Shown one piece after another: positions 37,907-48,447 of a stretch of DNA of 64,000 bases. Source of the DNA: Octopus bimaculoides (taxonomy: Eukaryota); assembly GCF_001194135.2 (NCBI RefSeq), contig NC_068999.1, forward strand, positions 22,207,021 through 22,271,020, in the 5' to 3' direction. The position numbers and the translations under genes were made by a program. The notes under the pieces were generated by a model. It was given only the letters and a program-made list of their open reading frames with translations, was not told the origin of the DNA and made no database searches. How positions within the stretch are numbered: position 1 is the first letter of the stretch; the number at the start of each line of letters is the position of its first letter.

Positions 37907-39449
37907 GCCTGGTTCCACAAAGTGAAATAAAACAAAATCAAAGGATGCAGTTACTCACATTACACTAAAAAATGATGGAAAAGTATGGTCACCCCATGCT
38001 TCCATGGGTCAGACAATAGTATGAAGGGGTTGAGTTTTCTATGGCTGGATCTCATTTCCAAGTGAGGTAATAATCCTCAAATCACTCACTCAACAAACAG
38101 TCTGGACATGGTTTCACAGAGAAATGGAAACACTCTCTCCTATGAAGTGGGGCTTTTGTTTATGACCAGCAAACATATGAAGATGAGTAGAAATATGAAC
38201 TCATTCACACACACACACACAGGGTTTATTTTCTGTCTGCCAACTAGTTTTACTCACAAGATATTGATCAACCTATGGCTATAGTATAGGTTACCTGTCT
38301 ATAACATCCATGCAGTGGAACTGAACCCCAAACCACAAGGTTTTAAAGTGAACCTCTTCACTCCACCACCATGTCTGCGCTCACTCACACACAAATGCAC
38401 TAGTGTGTGTTAGTCATATATATTTGGTATTTCTAAAGAATGACGCAAAAATGTGATGCATAATTCAGGATTTCATAATGTATATAAAAAAACAAACATT
38501 TTTTTAAATAGATAATATAGATGGTATTTCCTGAACATCATGTATATGAATGGAAGAAATAACATTTGATTAATTAAAGATTCTATATCAAAGCCCATTA
38601 AAAAGTCATGATGAGTAATTTTCTGAATGTAAAAAGAAACCCAGTAGAACATACTTTGCATCATCAAATGATATAAAACAATGTAAATTTGTCATATTGG
38701 TGTTATTATAGCTCATAGTTTAAAGCATTTGCTTCAATTGGATAATTTATGGACAGTGATTGATATTATACAAAATAAAGCTTTCCAAGACTACATAACA
38801 AGTATTACTATGCCACTTCTTTAAGCTTTTTTTTTTTCTTTTTGACAATTTTCCATGTCACAGGCAAAATATATTCTGTCAAATGCAAAATGAAAAGCAT
38901 GTATGGTGAAACAAGATTTCCCACTCTTCTAGGAACTGATGTAACAGCAGATACAATAAGAATTAGAACACACACATCTATGAGTGTGTGTGAGCATGTG
39001 AAATGTCACAGAATAACTTTAATCGAAATCAAAAATATTTGGAATTTCCTTTGAGATGGTCAGTTTTTCAATTTTATGCATGTCGTTTCACTTCAAGTTT
39101 GGTACAGATATAATTATTTTCTAAATTGCCTTTTTATTTTCTAGCTATAGCACACCCAACAAATTAGATTAATATAATTGATAAATACTGAATTTTGAGA
39201 TAATGAAGCTTAAATCATTGTTTCATTATCAGTCTACTTTAATTCTCTTTGAAGTCCATTGTCGTCATGGTGAATATATAACAATTATGCTTTTTTTTAC
39301 TGTGAATGGTTTTGTTAAGCAGTGCCAATTGTTACAATTATGTAAATAATAATACAAGTATTTTATAAGATTCAAGTTTATAGCGATCACTGCGCAATGA
39401 CTAAAGAAAATAGTCTAGTAATGGAGCATATGAAAAAAAGTAGGTTCTC

Positions 39450-39523
39450 CGGTACACATGGGACTCGAACCCACATGTCTCTGTTTACGCAACCAAGTGT
39501 GCTACCAATTACATCAGCAAACC
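39450..39523 (-). pseudogene. tRNA-like Pol III gene, anticodon unresolved
   Basis: Minus: GGTTTGC TG ATGT AATTGGTA GCAC A CTTGG TTGCGTA AACAG AGACAT GTGGG TTCGAGT CCCAT GTGTACC G; perfect box B GGTTCGAGTCC, good T stem, imperfect acceptor and anticodon stems; T7 run about 10 nt downstream. Confidence 0.65.
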
Positions 39524-39737
39524 TGCCTACTTTTTTTCTGTCAGATTTAAGAACTATGATTAGTTCATAGTTGTTTTTGTAAACAAACTTTCATGTACTT
39601 TTTTTATTGCGAATGGTTTTGTTAAGCAGTGTCGATTTTTACAATTCTGTAAATAATAAATAATAGTATTTTATAAGCTTAAAGCTTATAAGTGTGTGTG
39701 TATGTGTGTGTGAACCTTCAGAACCTTAATTTCTAAA

Positions 39738-39896
39738 TATATAATTATAAAAATATAATTATAATCAAGGGCACTGGAATGCCAGTGCCTATGCACTAGA
39801 AGTAGAGAGGCTTGTAGACATTTGACATCTACTTCTAGTGTATAGGTATTGATATTCCAGTGCCTTTAATTATAATAATATTTTTATAATTATATA
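39738..39896. repeat. Long inverted repeat (69-bp arms, 21-nt spacer)
   Basis: 39741-39806 vs reverse complement of 39828-39893: 58/66 identical by manual alignment, extendable 3 bp outward. Confidence 0.9.
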
Positions 39897-40200
39897 CCTA
39901 TATACATATATACATATATATATATACCTATATACATATATATATATANNNNNNNNNNNNNNNNNNNNNNNNNNNNNNNNNNNNNNNNNNNNNNNNNNNN
40001 NNNNNNNNNNNNNNNNNNNNNNNNNNNNNNNNNNNNNNNNNNNNNNNNATATATATATATATATATATACCTATATACATATATACATATATATATATGA
40101 ATACACACACATATATATGAATACACACATATACATGAATACACACACACACACACAAACACATATATATATATATATGAATACGTGTATATATACATGT
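39890..40200. repeat. Compound TA/CA microsatellite with 100-N gap
   Basis: Direct reading. Confidence 0.9.
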
Positions 40201-40207
40201 ATATATC

Positions 40208-41880
40208 CTCAAGCAAAACTAACCTAAATGTCTCTTCTCACCAGACATTGACATGAAACTTCAACAATTCATGTCTGTAATGCAAGCTGTATGCTACAAA
40301 TGTGTCCCAGAGAGAAAGGCCACTGTACACAAGAACAAAATCCCCAGGGAAAGGAAAGTTCTTATGAGATGGCATACAAAAATTTCAAATTGCTTAAGCA
40401 AACAAATTGAAAGCAGTGAAAAATCCCACCTGAAAATACAACTGCTGGAAACTGATAAAAATCTGCAAAAAATCAGGAGTGGCTGTGTGGTAAGTAGTTT
40501 GTTTACCAACCACATGGTGTTCGAGTTCAGTCCCACTGCGTGGCACCTTGGGTAAGTGTCTTCTACTATAGCCTCAGGCTGACCAAAGCCTTGTGAGTGG
40601 ATTTGGTAGACGGAAACTGAAAGAAACCTGTCGTGTATATGTGTATATATATATGTGTGTGTTTGTTTGTCTGTTTGGCTCCCCAACATCGTTTGACAAC
40701 CGATACTGGTGTGTTTACATCCCCGTAACTTAGCGGTTCGGCAATAAGAGACCGATAGAATAAGTACTAGGCTTATAAGTCCTGGGGTCGATTTGCTCGA
40801 CTAAAGGCGGTGCTCCAGCATGGCCACAGTCAAATGACTGAAACAAGTAAAAGAGTAACTCCTCCCATGAAAAAGAAAGAGCAAACAAAGAAGCCTGGGC
40901 TATAGACAATATAAAATCTAACCCCAGAGCCTTCTACAAGTTTGCCAAAGAAACAGCCTCAGTGCAATGCAGAGCAGGGCCACTCTACCAAAAAGATGGT
41001 TCACTCACAGGAAACCCAACGAGGACAAGTGAAATACTAAATGAGCAATTCAGAAGTGTTTTCACTCCACCCCTGGGACACTTGCAAGTCAGCAATCCAG
41101 CTGACTTTTTCGCCACTGCAGATATAAAAACAGAAGCAGTGATGATTGATCACTTCAATATAAAAGAAGATGATGTAATAAGGGCTATAAATGAAATGAA
41201 CTCGAACTCAGCTACTGGGCCTGATGGATTCTCAGCAATCCTTCTAAAATCATGTAAGCGCGTCCTAGCAAGACCACTGCAGCATCTCTTCCAGAGCTTT
41301 CAACTGGCAAACTGGAAGGCTGAAGGAAGGGAAAAGATGCCCCATCCATAAAGGAGGTAGCAGAGTAGAGGCTAAAAACTACAGACCTATCTCTCTGACT
41401 TTGCACATCAGCAAGGTCATGGAATGAATAGTCAGAAGAAAACTAATCACCTTCCTTGAGGAAAATGACTTGATGACACCCAACATGGTTTCTGACCAGG
41501 AAGAAGCTGCCTGACTCAGCTCTTACAACACTATGACTGGGTGTTGAAACAGCTGCTCAACCACTCAAATGTGGATGTGATATATCTTGGCTTTGCAAAG
41601 GCTTTCGATAAAATCAATCATGGAATTATATATATGTACAAACTGTGTGATCTCAGCATAGTCGGGAAATTGGGAGAATAACTGCATGACTTTCTGAAAG
41701 ATAGAAGTCAAGCAGTAGTAGCCAAAGGGGCCACCTCCAATCACACGCAAATAGTGAGTGGTGTTCCGCAAGGCAATGTTTTGGGACCACTACTGTTCAT
41801 AATGGCCCTTTCAGATATGCCCTCAGCCACACAGAGAGACACAATCACAGGGTATGCAGATGATACAAAAGTCTCACAGG
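40208..41880 (+). mobile_element. CR1-clade LINE ORF2 fragment (linker + RT), interrupted by a SINE
   Basis: KNKIPRERKVLMR...[SINE 40474-40857]...HEKERANKEAWAIDNIKSNPRAFYKFAK...ATGPDGFSAILLK...KNYRPISLT...QHGF*PGRSCLTQLL...IYLGFAKAFDKINHG...SGVPQGNVLGPLLF...GYADDTKVSQ; frameshifts and stops. Confidence 0.92.
40474..40857 (+). mobile_element. SINE family A, full length, young
   Basis: caggagtggctgtgtggtaag...gagttcagtcccactgcgtggcaccttgggtaagtg...ggcggtgctccagcatggccacagtcaaatgactgaaacaagtaaaagagta. Confidence 0.9.
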
Positions 41881-42603
41881 TGAGTAGAAAAGGGAGAGGA
41901 CATCCTTTTGATACAACTACCTGCTTTAGCTTATGAAAATGTTAAATGGCAAAATGCTAATCGTTGAATGTGCTGAATTAAAGTGTAGTTTGTAAGCAAG
42001 TATTAATTATATGGTATGAGCTATAATAATTACACTTTGTTGGACTATTAATCTTATCTTGTGTGTTTTAGTTTATACAATGTTTTAATTAAATGGATTT
42101 TTGTCTGAAGCTCTGTTACAGATCCTTTATTTCCTGAATATGACTCTTTTCATATCTAGTTGTCATCAGAGTACCTGCTGATAACTAGAGATCAACTTAA
42201 TTGAAACATTGTGTAAACAGAAATACAAACAACAAGATTAAAACTTGGAAAAACCTATGTTATATCCTGGAAGGGTCATTTTGCCAATAAAATAACAACA
42301 ACCGTACAAGTTCTACTGTATTTCTTTTTATTCTTATTATTGATCAACTAGCTTACAAATTAATTATTTGATTGCTTGACTAATCAGTTGATCAGGCTAT
42401 CAATCAGTAAATTTATGAGAGTCCTTTCGTTGGCATTTGCAACTTTATCAATGGTATGTCCTCATCACTCTATTATGAGGTATCCAAGCTCTTTAATTAA
42501 GTTATTAAACATACCATCATTTTCCAAGTAATAAAACCATCTAAAAAGACAACCAACAATTTTTCTCAATCATATATTCCTTTCTCAATAGTATTCCTTG
42601 TCT

Positions 42604-43019
42604 ATTCTTTTAGTCTTTTACATGTTTCAGTCATTTGACTGTGGCCATACTGAAGCACTGCCTTGAAGGGTTTTAGTTGAACAAATCAAGCCCAGGACTT
42701 ATTTTTTTTAAAGCCTAGTACTAATTCTATCAGTCTCTTTTGCCAAACTGCTAAGTTACAGGGACATAAATACACCAACACCCATTGTCAAGTGGTAATG
42801 GGGGGGGGACAAACACAAATACATATGCATTTATAAACATATATATATATATATATGACACGCTTCTTTCAGTTTCTGTCTTCCAAATCCACTTGCAAGG
42901 CTTTGCTCAGCTCGAGGCTACAGTAGAAAGCATTTGCCCAAGGTGCAATGCAGTAGGACTGAAACTGGTGCCATGTGGTTAGGAAGCAAGCTTCTTACCA
43001 CACAGCTTTGCCTGTGCCT
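42604..43019 (-). mobile_element. SINE family A, full length
   Basis: Reverse complement of the 40474 copy from tail (ttttacatgtttcagtcatttgactg) to head (cttaccacacagctttgcctgtgcc). Confidence 0.85.
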
Positions 43020-43708
43020 ACACTTAAAAAATTCACATTTTTCTTTTATTACTCTAATTGATTGTATCTGAATACTTATTAAGATTAGCATCAAGCTTTT
43101 AAACTTTTCAAATTTGCTATGAGTTTTCATTCTGTGGACACATCAGATTTATATTTGTTCAGAGACAGAAACCAAATTACCCTTCAATTTTAAACTGTTG
43201 CTTTGGTTTGTGATATGAGATTTATCTATTTGTAAGGATTCTGCTTTCTTGAAATTGTAAAACTGCTTATGAGCTCTGTTTCATTCCTAGGGATTTGGGG
43301 GATGTATTCTTTTGTATGCGGGTGTAATAGATAACTCAGTTTTCCAGTTACAAGATTTATACCTAATAATTCTAATATTCGTGTATCATCTAGGATACAC
43401 AGTGAATTTTTTTTTTTTTCAATCACGAATGCTATATATCTGCTTGCAAGTGTAAAGTAAAGAGAGATAATGGTAGATTATGCTTTATATAAATAAACAG
43501 AAATACAGAATAAGAAATATATGATTCTAGTTTTCATAATTAAAAACAGGTAGTAGAATTAATCTTAAGTAAACATAAATTTAAGGAAAACATTTTAGTT
43601 GTATAGCAAAGACTGTTAAGCAGTGTGATAAAGATTTTGCTTAGTTTCTCTCTCTCTCTCTCTCTCTCTTTTACTTTGCTTTTGTAAAGAAATTTTAGGA
43701 ATATTCAC

Positions 43709-43830
43709 CTGACAAAGAATAGTCATTCTTTCTACTCTCACTGTCTCTTATTAAAAATGACCCATGTTCATTTTCAGGTAGTAGCAATTTCTTCTCTGCT
43801 TCAACACGGCGTATTTTCCCAAAGTACCAC
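43709..43830 (-). CDS. Src42A: Internal coding exon of a Src42A/FRK-type Src-family tyrosine kinase (SH2 domain, first half)
   Basis: Minus strand: acceptor ttttacttttcttcAG, then G + 40 codons [40 protein letters not shown] + G, then donor GTgaat. 122 nt, phase 2 to phase 1. Nearly identical to the Src42A SH2 start as I recall it ([35 protein letters not shown]), with the phosphotyrosine-binding Arg in FLIRDS. Absent from the ORF track because it is short and lacks ATG. Confidence 0.95.
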
Positions 43831-44194
43831 CTGAAGAAAAGTAAAAAATTCAAAATTAAATTGTGTTCCAATAAGATTCACTTCTGCTTTAAATAAAAAT
43901 TGGCTATTAGAGAATGTGAAAACTTGACCCCTGTGAAAGTAATAAAATCAGAAAGCAATAAGGGTGGATTGAGTAGGAATGAATGCATATACCTTATATA
44001 TGTATATATTATATAAACAGACAACTGATAGAAAATGGAATGAACAACATTCTTTCATTAAAATCACTACAATTGTTTCAACACATTTTTACATCTGTAA
44101 TACATTGGTGAGATGTGTAACCATTATCATACATCCAAGGTGTAAAAAGAGTAGCATTCTACAAGGTTTTTATCTGAATCTTATGGTTTCATAT

Positions 44195-44556
44195 TTTGTC
44201 ACAAGGGCAGCATTTTGTGGGGAGGGGATGAGTTGATTATTTACAGACCCCGAAAGAATGAAAGGCAAAGTCGACTTTGGTGGAATTTGAACTCAGAACA
44301 TAGTAATGGGCGAAATGCTGCTAAGTATTTCGACCAGCATGCTACTTTCTACTAAGGGCACAAGGCCTGAATTTTTGGTGGAGGGGACTAGTCGATTGCA
44401 TTAACACCAGTGTTTCACTGGTACTTAATTTATCAACCCTGAAAGGATGAAAGGCAGAATTGACCTCAGTGGAATTTGAACTCAGAATGTAATGACAGAT
44501 AAAATACATCTAAGCATTTTGCCTGGCATGCTAATGATTCTGTCAGCTTACCACCT
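44195..44556 (-). mobile_element. Two tandem family B SINEs
   Basis: Two successive gaaaggcaaagtcgac/gaatttgaactcagaac blocks at about 44260-44300 and 44450-44490. Confidence 0.8.
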
Positions 44557-44690
44557 AACCAGGCACTGGCTCTCATGGCTTCTGATCTTAACTGATTAGA
44601 AGTGTTATTATGTACATGTTTTGTCTTGGTGTAAAAGATGGGCTACAGCAAATATTCTGCTCAATACCACAAATTTGCTTCTCAGATTTT

Positions 44691-45735
44691 GCTTGGCTTG
44701 GAGGGTCTTCTTCTCAAGCACGACATAACACCAAAGGTCTTAGTCATTGCCACTGTGAAGCCCAATGCTCAAAAGGAACTCAGCTGCTTTGCCTCCATGA
44801 GGCCCAATGCTTGAAAGGTGCTCTTAACACGCCACCAGCACAGGTGCCAGTTACGTGACACCAGCATTGGCCATGACTATGTTTTCACTTGGTTTGACAG
44901 GTCTTCTCAAGTACAACATATCAGCAAAGGTCTCAGTCACTAGTCATTGCCTCCATGAGGCTCAAAGTTCGAAGCTCATGCTTCACCTCATCCCATGTCT
45001 TCCTGGGCCTACCTCTACCACAGGTTCCCTCCACAGTTAGAGATTGGCACTTCTTTACACAGCTGTCCTCGTCCATATGTATCACATGACCGCACCAGTG
45101 CAGTTGTCACTCTTGCACACTACATCTGATGCCCCTTATGTCTAACTTTTCTCTTGATGCTTACACTGTCGAACATGCACACTGACATTGCACATTCAGC
45201 GAAGCATACTGGCTTCATTTCTTTCAAGCCTATGCATGTCCTTGGTTGTCACAGCCCATGTTTCACTGCCATGTAGTATAGCAGTTTGCACACAGGCATC
45301 ATCCAATCTGCCTTTCACTCTGAACTTTACCCAACCTAATCTTATTCTCACAGCTACACTCTTGGAGCATCCACCTCCACTACTAACTTGGTCACCTAGA
45401 TAATGGAATCTATCTACTACCTCTGACTTTCCCCACTGGTAGTTGATGAAGTCTATTTTCTGCACATTTTCAGTGTTTATTGTACCTGTGCACCTTCCAC
45501 ATACAAAAGCTAGTTTCTCTGTTAACCTTCCTCTGATGTTGCTGCACCTTTTATGTGTCCAAAGCTTACATCGGATGCATCTTATGAAGTTTCTACCTAT
45601 GCCTTTTCTACAGATTGAGCAGGGCCATCTACCTGAAGGATTTGCGATTTGTCTGCTTTCTTACTTACTAAGACTTTGGTTTTTGGTAGGTTAACTCTAA
45701 GGCCCTTTGATTTTAGACCTTGTTCCATACCTGGG
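44691..45735 (-). mobile_element. RTE LINE 3' kb with PHD-like Cys/His insert in RT
   Basis: LRVNLPKTKVLVS...WPCSICRKGIGRNFIRCIRCKLWTHKRC...FVCGRC...EVVDRFHYLGDQVSSGGGC...LHGSETWAV...ERNEASMLR; frameshifts toward the 3' end. Confidence 0.9.
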
Positions 45736-45808
45736 ACTTCTACTCTAGTTCTGGTATACATGTGTGTATAACATAAATATATACATAATATAAATATACA
45801 TGCATGTA

Positions 45809-45853
<45 letters not shown>

Positions 45854-45959
45854 GCATACACATGCACGCACGCATACAAATGTATATGTGTACATACACA
45901 TTATTTCACAACACCTTACTACCTTAACAAGTACATTTATCCGGAAATAGCAATTAAAT

Positions 45960-46612
45960 TAAAATAACTTAGATAGAAATAAGATCTCAGAAACTATTCA
46001 GGATTACTGGAAATTTCAACATTAGTGGGAATGTAGCCCAATTATATTTCCCATGCATGGAGGGCAGCTATGGCCTTAAGTCTGCATTAACATCAAACAA
46101 GACCCAGATTGTTAGACTGGAGCATCACTTTTAGGAGAGAGAAAAAAGGTTAGCAATTCTCCCACTTAAGTTTGTGAGCACAAAAATATAAAAATCAATA
46201 TATCAATTGATAAACTTGAGGGGAGACATGAAATAAAAACCGACAGAGATCTCCTGCCAAGAAACATGGTAAAGTCCTACTTAGTACAATAATTGCAACA
46301 CTGAGAAAGGTACACATGGATCTTGAAATGAAAAAGACCAATTGTAGAGAGAATAAACCACACTAAAAGACTGTTATGGAGCACCAATAAGTTTGGAGCA
46401 GCTAACACTGAAGGTCACCTTTATGTAATATAGATACAAGAAATTCTTTTCCAAGAATTTAATATATAGAAAAGATAAAAATCATCAGCCGACAAGATAT
46501 GTAGGCAATGCAGAGCCAAAACCAAAGTATCTCTAGATACTACCTTTCCCTGAGACATAATATTGTAGCCAGAGCAATCTGGAACATAGTGATGAAGAGA
46601 ATATCAACAAAT
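45960..46612 (+). mobile_element. Old R4/Dong-like LINE remnant
   Basis: LYFPCMEGSYGLKSA (cf. LY..R..GGRGL), TEGHLYVI, KICRQC and LRHNIVARAIWNIV (cf. RHN.VA..IH) across frameshifts. Confidence 0.55.
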
Positions 46613-46613
46613 A

Positions 46614-46765
46614 CAGGTGTGACTGTGTGGTAAGAAGTTTCCTTCCCAACCACATGGTTCTGGGCTCAGTCCCACTGCATGGAACCTTGGGCAAGTGTCT
46701 TTAACTACAACCCTAGGCCAACCTAAGCTTTCTGAGTGGACTTGGTTGATAGAAACTGAAAGAAA

Positions 46766-46826
<61 letters not shown>

Positions 46827-46890
46827 AGAGAGAGAGAGAGAGAGAGAGTATCTTTGTGTTTGTCTCACACCACTGCTAGATAGACACGTG
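46614..46890 (+). mobile_element. SINE family A, 5' half, with internal (GA)n expansion
   Basis: caggtgtgactgtgtggtaagaag...gggctcagtcccactgcatggaaccttgggcaagtgtc...gaaactgaaagaaag; followed by GA/TA arrays to about 47008. Confidence 0.85.
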
Positions 46891-46897
46891 TGTGTGT

Positions 46898-47009
<112 letters not shown>

Positions 47010-47541
47010 CATGCAGATACAAAATCAATACAGAAATTGCCCCAATTACTAATTTAAATTAGCAGCAAGGAATATTTTTTTAAATATGAGATAAATAGTG
47101 ATTGATTAACTTTACAAAAATACAAACAATTAAAAAAAAATTAATCAATCATGGCTGTGTATCAATATGTTTCACAGGAATGCTGCAGATGAGCTGTAGA
47201 ACTAAATGTTGAAATAACATTTTTGTAACATTGGCATGAAGTCATAGATTTGTAAAATTAGAGTGAAGTTGATTAAAGCAATTATAGTATAGGCTTTGGA
47301 TTTATTTTATCAACCCAGACCAAATGTCAGACAAAGTGTTTCTCAACAGAATTTTTGCTTGAAATGTAAAGGCTCAGAAAGAAAATGCAAAAACCATTCA
47401 ATCAGGTGCTCCAATGTTTCCACCAAGGGTAAAAGTTTAGAAGTGTAAGTAAACATTATAAATGCTGAAATTCTCTGTACTTCATAGACGAGCTTAGAAT
47501 TTATAGTTTGTAAATAATTTTTCATCACTAATTCATATGAA

Positions 47542-47695
47542 GGCACAGGCTGGTAGTGTGTTTAAGAAGCCTGCTTCCAACTATGTTGTCTCAAGTTCAA
47601 TCCCACTGCATAGCACCTTGGACAAGTGCTTTCTATTATTATCCCGAGCAAGCTAAATAAAACCTTGGGAATGGATTTGGTAGACAGAAACTGAA

Positions 47696-47697
<2 letters not shown>
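47542..47697 (+). mobile_element. SINE family A, 5' half
   Basis: ggcacaggctggtagtgtg...gttcaatcccactgcatagcaccttggacaagtgc...gatttggtagacagaaactgaaagg. Confidence 0.8.
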
Positions 47698-47736
<39 letters not shown>

Positions 47737-47774
47737 CGTGTATGTGCATGTGCATGCATGCATGTACATCCTTA

Positions 47775-48000
47775 TCCTGATATCATGTGACGGCTATGAA
47801 CAAGCACACCATCACACAAGCCATGTTGTTTGATTGCAGTCTTCTGTGGAAAAACATGTTTGGCCATGGGAAGTATCACCTTGCTTGGAAACAGGTGAGG
47901 GTTGGTGACAGGAATGGCATCCAGCCATAGAAAAACCTGCCTCAACAAAATTCCATCTGACCCATGGAAGTATGGAAAAGTGAATGTTAAATGATGATGG
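47775..48000 (+). mobile_element. Family E RTE-tailed repeat
   Basis: gggttggtgacaggaatggcatccagccatagaaa...catggaagtatggaaaagtgaatgttaaatgatgatg. Confidence 0.7.
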
Positions 48001-48304
48001 TGGTTCTTACGCATGCCAATAAACTATATAATCACACACACACACACACAGACACACACACACACACATATTAGAGCATTTTCTTCTATTTTGAAATAAG
48101 CTAGGGCTGAAACATACAGAATTTATAAATTTTGCGACACTATTCTTTGGAAATTATTTCAAATTTTTAAGAATAAGAGAGGAAGGGAAAAGGGAGCTGG
48201 TAGTTAATGATACTTAAACTTTTCATGCATTAATACACTGTTTAATTGCAAAAATATAAAAACTTGAGAGAAACATGGCTAGAAAACAATTTGCTAATAT
48301 TACA

Positions 48305-48359
48305 TACTCTTTTACTTGTTTCAGTCATTTGACTGTGGCCATGCTGGAGCACCGCCTTT
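48305..48359 (-). mobile_element. Isolated 55-nt family A / CR1-L2-type 3' tail
   Basis: Minus: aaaggcggtgctccagcatggccacagtcaaatgactgaaacaagtaaaagagta, identical to the last 55 nt of the 40474 SINE. Confidence 0.9.
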
Positions 48360-48376
48360 AAAAAAGCAAAGACTAT

Positions 48377-48447
48377 TGGCAGCTGTGGGATACAAACCCA
48401 CGCCTCCAAACCCGTCTGGGTGCCTTAAACCGCTTGGCCACGATACC
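48377..48447 (-). pseudogene. tRNA-Leu pseudogene lacking the anticodon loop
   Basis: Minus: GGTATCGTGGCCAAGCGGTTTAAGGCAC--CCAGACGGGTTTGGAGGCGTGGGTTTGTATCCCACAGCTGCCA vs canonical tRNA-Leu GGTAGCGTGGCCGAGCGGTCTAAGGCGC...GGAGGCGTGGGTTCGAATCCCACCGCTGCCA; about 11 nt of the anticodon arm missing; T6 run 11 nt downstream. Confidence 0.85.

Noticed and set aside
43226-43426. ORF with EYIPQIP resembling the SH3 GYIPSN motif
   Set aside because: Lies downstream of the SH2 exon on minus (wrong order) and lacks the rest of the SH3 consensus.
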